Assembly (NCBI GenBank): GCA_027592645.1
Contig: JAQCKI010000001.1
Location: forward strand, 38,312 to 102,311
Length of the DNA: 64,000 nt
From: Chloroflexota bacterium
Lineage (GTDB): Bacteria; Chloroflexota; Dehalococcoidia; UBA2979
Direction: 5' to 3'
The notes below the pieces were generated by a model. The model was not told the DNA's origin. It saw only the letters and a program-made list of their open reading frames with translations, and did no database searches. Made by a program: the position numbers and the translations under genes. Positions 57,130 through 64,000 of the stretch are shown piece after piece. Position 1 is the stretch's first letter; every line of letters begins with the position of its first letter.

Positions 57130-57540
57130 GTGATCACGTTCAAGCACTACACCGTCGCCGTCCATGACCTGGACCAGGCGGTCGCCGACTACAAGTCCCG
57201 CTTTGGCATGACTGCCATTGGCGAGCCGGCGCACAACAGCATCGGTAACTTCACCTACCAGCCGGTGGGCTTCAACGGGCAGGTGATGTGTCACCTGATC
57301 TGCCCGGTGTCCGATGAAAGCCCGATCGCGAAGTTGATGAAAGAGCGGATCAACCCGTTCAACCCGCACGGCGAGGGCATCTACCTGCTCGCCTACGAGT
57401 CCGACGACACCGAGGGCTTCGTGAAGCAGGTGACGGACAACGGTGGCCGGGTGAACCGTGCCCCCAACGGCGGTAACGCGTGGGTGCACCCCACCTCGTC
57501 CAACTTCGTGCTGATGGAGATCTACCCGAAAAAGGCGTAA
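57130..57540 (+). CDS. VOC/glyoxalase-family protein (methylmalonyl-CoA epimerase-like).
   Basis: 136 aa, beta-alpha-beta-beta-beta modules (MITFKHYTVAVHDLDQAVADYKSRFGM...). Confidence 0.65.
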   Translation: MITFKHYTVAVHDLDQAVADYKSRFGMTAIGEPAHNSIGNFTYQPVGFNGQVMCHLICPVSDESPIAKLMKERINPFNPHGEGIYLLAYESDDTEGFVKQVTDNGGRVNRAPNGGNAWVHPTSSNFVLMEIYPKKA

Positions 57541-57574
57541 CGCTGGACGCAGACCTCGATGGCCGGGTGCGGGC

Positions 57575-58897
57575 TCAGTGCCCCCCGGCCATCGGCGCGT
57601 CCGCCGTGGCACCGAGGCCGCCTGCGGCCCGTTCCGCCTCGGCCTCGGCGCGCGCGGCCACGACCAGGGCGTCCGGCGGCTTCGCCATGAGGAACAGCGG
57701 GATCGCGGCGGCGGTGACGGCGGCAGACACGTACCAGCCGAGTTCATAGTTCCCCGTGCGGTCCACCGCCCAGCCGACAAACCACGGGCCGATGGCGCCG
57801 CCGGTGGTCATGATCAGCGCACCCAGGCCGTTGATCGTCCCGAAGTACTTCGTGCCGAAGTAGTCGGCGAGCATCGCCGGGCGCACGGGGATCGCCCCGC
57901 CGAAGCCGGGCGCGATGATCAGGATCGCCACCATCGCGACGAAGAACGAGTTCGCCATCGCCAGCACGACCAGCCCGAGCACCACCATCGCCGTGGAGAC
58001 GGCCAGCACACTCGCCTTCGAGAAGCGGTCGGCGATGATCCCGAAGCCGAGCCGCCCCACGATCGAGAACACGGTGAACACCGCCACCGTGGTGGAGGCG
58101 GCGGCCTTGGAGACGTCCAGATCCTTCTCCAGGTAGGGAATCTGGTGCACCACGAACGTGGTGGAGCCGAACGCGTAGAGCGACATCCCAACCGCGAGCA
58201 GCAGGAACGGGTGCGACTTCAGGACGGCGCGCACGGGGATGCCCCACCGCACGAGGGGTGCGGGCACGATCTCGTCGTCGGCGTACTTCAGGCCGTCCAT
58301 CGGCTGAGGGTGGTCGACCGGGCGCGCGCGGATGTTCAGCGCGAAGAAGACGCCACCGGTCGCCATGAACACGCCCAGCACTTGCAGCGCCGAGCGCCAG
58401 CCGAGCCACTCCACCAGCCACGCGATCACGATGACGAGCAGGCCACCGAGGCCGCCGCCAATCGTCATGAACGACATCGCGCTCGCACGGCGCTGCTCGA
58501 ACCAGGACGCTACTGCGACCAGGCCGACCTGGCCGCCCGCGGCGGAGGAGCCGACGGCGATCACCAGCATCGCCGCATAGAAGTGCCAGAGTTCCTGGAT
58601 CAGCGACATGATGATGATGCCCAGCGCGGAGACCAGCAGCCCGCCGATCATCACCCGTCGAGGGCCCACGCGGTCCAGCATCACGCCGACCAGTGGCGCG
58701 GCGATGCCACCGACCTCCGAGCGCAGCGAGAAGGCAAGCGAGGTCGCGGCCACGCTCCAGCCGAACTCGTCGATGACCTCTTTGAAGATCGTGCCGAAGC
58801 CATAGAAGAACGCTGCCGACATGGCGAGCATGATCAGCGCCGCCGAGGTGACGACGACCCAGCCTTCGTACACGTTCGGGAAGAGGCGACGACCCAT
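57575..58897 (-). CDS. MFS transporter (oxalate/formate antiporter-like, 12 TMS).
   Basis: ...GVMLDRVGPRRVMIGG... MFS motif A. 440 aa. Confidence 0.8.
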   Translation of the reverse strand: MGRRLFPNVYEGWVVVTSAALIMLAMSAAFFYGFGTIFKEVIDEFGWSVAATSLAFSLRSEVGGIAAPLVGVMLDRVGPRRVMIGGLLVSALGIIIMSLIQELWHFYAAMLVIAVGSSAAGGQVGLVAVASWFEQRRASAMSFMTIGGGLGGLLVIVIAWLVEWLGWRSALQVLGVFMATGGVFFALNIRARPVDHPQPMDGLKYADDEIVPAPLVRWGIPVRAVLKSHPFLLLAVGMSLYAFGSTTFVVHQIPYLEKDLDVSKAAASTTVAVFTVFSIVGRLGFGIIADRFSKASVLAVSTAMVVLGLVVLAMANSFFVAMVAILIIAPGFGGAIPVRPAMLADYFGTKYFGTINGLGALIMTTGGAIGPWFVGWAVDRTGNYELGWYVSAAVTAAAIPLFLMAKPPDALVVAARAEAEAERAAGGLGATADAPMAGGH

Positions 58898-58968
58898 GGC
58901 CCCGATGCTACGCCGCGCGCACCTATGCGCACCGGCAGCAGGCGGCCCTCATGTGACGCTTGTGTGAG

Positions 58969-60351
58969 TTATCGGGCCCGTGATGGCTCCGGGCGGTCGA
59001 GTGCGCTCTGGAGGAGGCGCGCGGCGGTCGCCATCGGATCCCAGACACCCGAGAACGGCGGCGCGTAGGCCAGATCGGCGTTGAGGAAGTCGTCGACGGT
59101 CATCTCCGCCCAGAGGGCGACCGCCATCGCGTCGACCCGCTTCCCGGCCGTGGGGCCGCCGGCAATCTGGACGCCCAGCAGGCGCCGCGATGTGCGATCA
59201 CCGATGGCCTTCACCGACATCCGAGTGCTGGAGGGCCAGTAGCCCGCCTTCGTGGGCGACTCGAACGTGACCGCGACGGCATCAAAGCCGGCCGCGCGCG
59301 CCTCTACCTCTGTCAGGCCGGTGCGCGCGATCTCCAGGTCCAGGCATTTCGTGATCGCCGTGCCCAGCACGCCGGGGAACACCTCGTCACCCCCGCCGAT
59401 ATTGAAGCCGGCGACACGCCCCTGCCGGTTGGCGAGCGTGCCGAGGTGCAGGTTCACGGGCTGGCCGCTGATCCGGTGCGTCGACTCGGCACAGTCACCC
59501 GCGGCATAGACACCGGCGGCGCTGGTGCGCATGTGGCCGTCCACCCAGACGCCGCCCGACTCGCCGATGCGCAGCCCCGCCCCTCGCGCCAGTTCCACGT
59601 TTGGCACGGTGCCCGCCGCGAACAGCACCACGTCCGCCGGGATCGCCTGCTCCTCACAGCCAACCGAGGTCACCCGGCCACCTTCGCCGTGCAGGCACTC
59701 GACGCGCTGGCCGGTGAGGACGCGGATGCCGAGGGCGCGGACCGCCTCGGTGATGCGCTCAGAGAAATCGTCGTCGAATGCGCCATCAAGCAGGCCGGCG
59801 CCAGACGTGACGACCGTCGTCTCGATGCCGTTGACGTGGAACGCCTCCGCCATCTCGATGCCCACGAAGCCGCCACCGACGACGACGACGCGCTTCGGGC
59901 CGGCCTCCACGATCGCGCGGACGGCGAGGGCATCGTCCAATACGTGCATCTCATGGACACCGGCGAGGTCGTAGCCCTCGATCGGCAGGCGTCGCGCGCG
60001 GGCACCGGTGGCATAGACGAGGTGGTCGTACTCCACGGTGAGGTCACGCTCGCCGGCGTGGTCGCGCACCGTCACCGAGCGCGCACCGAGGTCGATCGCG
60101 GTGACCTCGTGCCGCTTGTGGACGGTGATGCCGCCCCGCGCGAAGTCTTCCACCGACCGTACGAGCAGGCGCTCGAACGGCATCACCTCACCGGAGACGT
60201 AGTACGGCTCACCGCACGCGGAGAACGAGATCCAGTCGGAGCGCTCGAACGCAACGATCTCCAGCGCGTCGGCAGCCTTCATGCGGCGCGCGTTGGTGGC
60301 GGCGGTCATGCCGGCCGCATCGCCACCGATGATGACGAGCCGTTCAGGCAT
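58969..60351 (-). CDS. FAD-dependent pyridine-nucleotide-disulfide oxidoreductase of the Nox/Npx/CoA-disulfide-reductase class (single redox Cys).
   Basis: LVIIGGDAAGMTAA (FAD), ISFSACGEPYY (the SFxxC active site of Cdr/Nox), VVVVGGGFVGIEMAE (NAD). Confidence 0.8.
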   Translation of the reverse strand: MPERLVIIGGDAAGMTAATNARRMKAADALEIVAFERSDWISFSACGEPYYVSGEVMPFERLLVRSVEDFARGGITVHKRHEVTAIDLGARSVTVRDHAGERDLTVEYDHLVYATGARARRLPIEGYDLAGVHEMHVLDDALAVRAIVEAGPKRVVVVGGGFVGIEMAEAFHVNGIETTVVTSGAGLLDGAFDDDFSERITEAVRALGIRVLTGQRVECLHGEGGRVTSVGCEEQAIPADVVLFAAGTVPNVELARGAGLRIGESGGVWVDGHMRTSAAGVYAAGDCAESTHRISGQPVNLHLGTLANRQGRVAGFNIGGGDEVFPGVLGTAITKCLDLEIARTGLTEVEARAAGFDAVAVTFESPTKAGYWPSSTRMSVKAIGDRTSRRLLGVQIAGGPTAGKRVDAMAVALWAEMTVDDFLNADLAYAPPFSGVWDPMATAARLLQSALDRPEPSRAR

Positions 60352-61243
60352 GCGCCCGCTCGAGGCCGGCGAGCGCGGCGTCTGCCTGCTCCCCGGCGTG
60401 GTAGGAGGAACGCACGAACGGCCCCGCCTCCACGTGCGCGAAGCCGAGGTCCAGCGCGTGCGCCTTCAGCGCGGCGAACTCGTCCGGGTGCCAGTAGCGC
60501 GCGACCGGCAGGTGCTTGGGCGTCGGGCGCAGGTACTGGCCCACCGTCAGCACATCGACACCGGCGGCGCGCAGGTCGGCGAAGACGGCGCGCAGCTCAT
60601 CCTCGGTCTCACCGAGGCCAACCATCAGCCCGCTCTTCAGCGGCATCGACGGGGCGAGTGCTCGGGCGCGCCTGAACAGCGCCAGCGTGCGCTGGTAGTC
60701 GCCGCGCGGGCGGGCGCGCGAGTACAGGCGCGGCACCGTCTCGATGTTGTGGTTCAGCACGTCTGGACGCGCCTCCACGACCGTCGCGAGGGCGTCGTGG
60801 TTGCCCTCGAAGTCGGGGATCAGCACCTCCACGCGACAGTCCGGGCACACGCGGCGGATCGCGCGGATGCACGCCGCGAAGACGGCGGCGCCACCATCCG
60901 CCACGTCGTCCCGGTTCACGGAGGTGATGACGGCGTAGTCCAGGCCCAGCGTCTCCACCGTTTTCGCCAGCCGGTACGGCTCCAGCAGGTCGAGTGCATC
61001 CGGGCGGCCAGAGGTGACGGCGCAGAAGCCGCAGGCGCGCGTGCAGACATCGCCCAGGATCATGAACGTGGCGGTGCCGCTGTTGAAGCACTCGCCGATG
61101 TTCGGGCAGCGCGCCTCTTCGCAGACGGTGTGCAGCCGCTCGGTGCGGAGGAGGTCCGTGATGTGTGAGAAGCGCTCACCGGACGGGAATCGCGCCTTCA
61201 GCCATGCCGGCTTCGGCTCGCGCACCGGCGTCGGCGCCGTCAT
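60344..61243 (-). CDS. lipA: Lipoyl synthase (radical SAM).
   Basis: CEEARCPNIGEC and CTRACGFCAV (CxxxCxxC) cysteine motifs. Overlaps the lipB stop. Confidence 0.9.
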   Translation of the reverse strand: MTAPTPVREPKPAWLKARFPSGERFSHITDLLRTERLHTVCEEARCPNIGECFNSGTATFMILGDVCTRACGFCAVTSGRPDALDLLEPYRLAKTVETLGLDYAVITSVNRDDVADGGAAVFAACIRAIRRVCPDCRVEVLIPDFEGNHDALATVVEARPDVLNHNIETVPRLYSRARPRGDYQRTLALFRRARALAPSMPLKSGLMVGLGETEDELRAVFADLRAAGVDVLTVGQYLRPTPKHLPVARYWHPDEFAALKAHALDLGFAHVEAGPFVRSSYHAGEQADAALAGLERAHA

Positions 61244-61962
61244 CCCCACCGCTCCGCGACCCACGCCTCCACCGCGCGCGCCTGGGCGTTCCAGTTCTCT
61301 GCGCCGATGAGCGTGACGAAGAACTCGGCCACGAACGCGGCTCGCACCGCCTCCACGACCCGCTCGATTGAGACCGGCGTGGCAGATAGCGTCGCGACCG
61401 AGGTGACTGCGGCATCCGCGATGCCACACGGGACGATGTCATCGAACCAGCGCAGGTCGGCGTCCACGTTCAGAGCGAAGCCGTGCTGCGAGACACCGTC
61501 GCGCACGCGCACGCCCACGGCGGCGACCTTGGCACCGTCCACCCACACGCCGGGACGACCGTCCACCACCTCCCCGGCATGGCCGAGTTCGGCGAGCGCG
61601 GCGATGATCACGCGCTCCAGTGAACGGATGTAGTCGCCGGCCTTCAGGCCGCGGGCCCGCAGATCCAGCACCGGGTAGCCCACGATCTGACCGGGGCCAT
61701 GCCAGGTGATGTCCCCGCCGCGGTCGGCCTCGACGAGTGGCGCGCGGAGGCGGTCGCGCTCGACGCGGAGCGACTGAAGCCCCGCACGTGCGCCAGCGGT
61801 GTAGACGGACGCGTGCTCGATGAGGGCGAGCGACTCGCGGCCCTCGCCGGAGCGGAGCGTGGACGCCGCGGTGCGCTGCCAGCGCAGGCCGGCGGCGTAG
61901 TCCACGCCGGTTGCGCGGACACAGGCAACCAACGCACGACGCAGGGCCGTCTCAGGAGTCAT
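61240..61962 (-). CDS. lipB: Octanoyltransferase (lipoyl(octanoyl) transferase).
   Basis: ...GGDITWHGPGQIVGYPVLDL... and ...KVAAVGVRV... with the catalytic Cys (PCGI). Confidence 0.85.
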   Translation of the reverse strand: MTPETALRRALVACVRATGVDYAAGLRWQRTAASTLRSGEGRESLALIEHASVYTAGARAGLQSLRVERDRLRAPLVEADRGGDITWHGPGQIVGYPVLDLRARGLKAGDYIRSLERVIIAALAELGHAGEVVDGRPGVWVDGAKVAAVGVRVRDGVSQHGFALNVDADLRWFDDIVPCGIADAAVTSVATLSATPVSIERVVEAVRAAFVAEFFVTLIGAENWNAQARAVEAWVAERWG

Positions 61963-62072
61963 ACAGCCAGTCTAGCAACCTCGGGGGCGCCCCCAGTGCA
62001 TCGCGACGGCGGTGCTGCGCTAGGCTGGACGCTGGCCCGTGCGTCCGCGCGAGGTGTATCCGGAGCGATGCG

Positions 62073-64000
62073 ATGAGCGACGATCCGATGGCGCCCCCCT
62101 CCACTGCCACCCCGGACTGGGTGGAGACGCAGGAGTGGATCGATGCGCTGCGGGATGTCGCCCGAAGCGGCGGCGCGGATCGCGCGAGCAGCCTGCTGGA
62201 GTCGCTCCAGATCGCGGCGCAGCGCCTCGGCATCACGCTCCCGGTCACGTCGCGTACACCTTATGTAAATACGATCCCGGTCTCGCGCCAGGCGCCCCAC
62301 CCCGGCAACATCCCGGTGGAGGATCGCCTCAAGAGCATCATCCGCTGGAACGCACTGGCGATGGTGAGTGAGGCGAACGACCGCTTCCCCGGCATCGGCG
62401 GGCACATCTCCACGTACGCCTCGGCGGCGACGCTGTACGAGGTGGGCTTCAACCATTTCTGGCGCGGCCCCGATCACCCCTCGGGCGGCGACCTGGTGTA
62501 CATCCAGGGGCACGCCTCCCCCGGCATCTACGCGCGCGCGTACCTGGAGGGGCGCCTGACCCCCGCCCGGCTGCACGCGTTCCGCCGAGAACTCTCGGCG
62601 GACGGCCTCGCCTCCTACCCGCACCCGTGGCTGATGCCCGACTTCTGGCAGTTCCCGACGGTCTCGATGGGCCTCGGGCCGCTGATGGCAATCTACCAGG
62701 CGCGGATGATGCGCTACCTGGAGGCACGTGGCCTCAAGGAGCCGACCGACCAGAAGGTGTGGTGCTTCCTCGGTGACGGCGAGACGGACGAGCCGGAGTC
62801 GCTGGGTGCGATCTCGCTCGCGGCACGGGAACACCTGGACAACCTGGTGTTCGTCGTGAACTGCAACCTGCAGCGGCTGGACGGTCCGGTGCGTGGCAAC
62901 GGCCAGATCATCCAGGAACTGGAGGCCGTATTCCGCGGTGTCGGCTGGAACGTGATCAAGTTGATCTGGGGCGGGGACTGGGATCCGCTGCTGGCCGCCG
63001 ACTCGGAGGGCCTGCTGGCCGACCGCATGGGCCAGGTGGTGGACGGCGAGTACCAGACCTACACCGTCGCGGGCGGCGCCTACATTCGCAAGCAGTTCTG
63101 GGGCACCGACCCGCGCCTCTCGCGCATGGTGGCACACCTCTCCGATGACGAACTGTGGCGCCTGCGCCTCGGTGGGCACGACACCGACAAGGTGTACGCC
63201 GCCTATCACGCGGCCACGCACCACCGTGGCGCACCCACGGTGATCCTCGCGCGCACCATCAAGGGCTACGGGCTGGGCGAGGCGGGCGAGGGCCGCAACA
63301 TCAGCCACCAGCAGAAGCACCTGAACGTGCAGGAACTGCTCCAGTTCCGCGACCGCTTCAAGGTCCCGCTGAGCGACGCTGAGGTCGCCACGGCGCCGCT
63401 GTACCGGCCGGCGGCGGACAGCGCGGAGATGCGCTACCTGCGCGACCGTCGAGCACACCTCGGCGGGCCGCTGCCGCAGCGCCGCGTCCGCAACGCGACG
63501 GTGGAAGCACCATCGTTCGAGCCGTTCGAGGAGTTCTTCCGCGGCAGTGGCGACCGCGAGGCGTCCACCACGATGGTGTTCGTGCGGATGCTCGCCTCCC
63601 TGATGCGCGACCCGAAGGTCGGCAACCGCGTGGTGCCCATCGTCCCGGACGAGGCGCGCACGTTCGGCATGGAGACGTTCTTTCGCGAGTTCGGCATCTA
63701 CTCGTCGAAGGGCCAGCTCTACGAGCCGGTCGACCGCGAGAACCTGCTCTTCTACAAGGAGACGAAGGACGGCCAGGTCCTGGAGGAAGGCATCACGGAG
63801 GCGGGATCGATCTCCTCGTTCATCGCGGCCGGCACCGCGGCGGCGTCCTACGGGGTCACGACGCTGCCGTTCTTCATCTTCTACTCGATGTTTGGCCTCC
63901 AGCGTGTCGGCGACCTCGTCTGGGCCGCCTCGGACGCACGCACGAGGGGGTTCCTCGTGGGCGCCACGGCCGGCCGCACGACGCTGAACGGGGAGGGCCT
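62073..64000 (+). CDS. aceE: Pyruvate dehydrogenase E1 component (homodimeric AceE type), 5' two-thirds; continues beyond the window.
   Basis: Hand translation from the ATG at 62073: MSDDPMAPPSTATPDWVETQEWIDAL...SYPHPWLMPDFWQFPTVSMGLGP...WCFLGDGETDEPESLGAI...VNCNLQRLDGPVRGN... ThDP-binding motifs of E1p. A GGAG RBS sits 6 nt upstream. It is absent from the ORF track because there is no stop in the window. Confidence 0.9.
   Translation, partial: MSDDPMAPPSTATPDWVETQEWIDALRDVARSGGADRASSLLESLQIAAQRLGITLPVTSRTPYVNTIPVSRQAPHPGNIPVEDRLKSIIRWNALAMVSEANDRFPGIGGHISTYASAATLYEVGFNHFWRGPDHPSGGDLVYIQGHASPGIYARAYLEGRLTPARLHAFRRELSADGLASYPHPWLMPDFWQFPTVSMGLGPLMAIYQARMMRYLEARGLKEPTDQKVWCFLGDGETDEPESLGAISLAAREHLDNLVFVVNCNLQRLDGPVRGNGQIIQELEAVFRGVGWNVIKLIWGGDWDPLLAADSEGLLADRMGQVVDGEYQTYTVAGGAYIRKQFWGTDPRLSRMVAHLSDDELWRLRLGGHDTDKVYAAYHAATHHRGAPTVILARTIKGYGLGEAGEGRNISHQQKHLNVQELLQFRDRFKVPLSDAEVATAPLYRPAADSAEMRYLRDRRAHLGGPLPQRRVRNATVEAPSFEPFEEFFRGSGDREASTTMVFVRMLASLMRDPKVGNRVVPIVPDEARTFGMETFFREFGIYSSKGQLYEPVDRENLLFYKETKDGQVLEEGITEAGSISSFIAAGTAAASYGVTTLPFFIFYSMFGLQRVGDLVWAASDARTRGFLVGATAGRTTLNGEG

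Overview
This is a 64 kb, roughly 70 % GC chromosomal segment with compact, largely core content: about 66 protein-coding genes (several are conserved proteins of unknown function), no rRNA or tRNA genes, no CRISPR array, and no transposase or integrase. The gene content suggests a high-GC Thermomicrobia/Chloroflexi-like or actinobacterial genome; that is inference, not a database result. The evidence is an F420-type deazaflavin enzyme, Ni-SOD with its maturation peptidase, an LprG/MFS pair, a CIRCE-controlled groEL and rpmB-yloV-degV-recG synteny.

Main blocks, left to right:
- a ZnuA-like binding protein and a Zur-like Fur regulator with a palindromic operator;
- an AI-2E transporter and an ECF sigma / anti-sigma pair;
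- a stress cluster (DinB x2, DUF1643, GNAT, PspC);
- an Fe-S module (SufR-like regulator, IscA, cysteine desulfurase) followed by an orphan nuoB;
- a blue-copper lipoprotein, then Ni superoxide dismutase sodN with its peptidase sodX;
- an HDOD protein and CIRCE-groEL;
- a translationally coupled selD-lprG-MFS operon in which selD carries an in-frame UGA (selenocysteine) and a SECIS-like hairpin;
- nth;
- a fragmented arginine biosynthesis cluster (argJ-argB-UPF0182-argD-histidine kinase-argG-HAD with an in-frame TAG-vapB-vapB-vapC-argH-rpe);
- rpmB-yloV-degV-recG;
- argS and trpS;
- an acyl-CoA dehydrogenase / double-hotdog hydratase / VOC trio;
- an MFS transporter, a Nox/Cdr-type flavoprotein, lipA-lipB and the 5' part of aceE.

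The most unusual element is a lower-GC two-gene island (46.2-49.0 kb) wedged between recG and argS. It encodes an SF2 DEAH helicase with an unrecognised C-terminal domain, plus a small partner protein that repeats that domain's motif. It is a candidate for an undescribed defence-like system.
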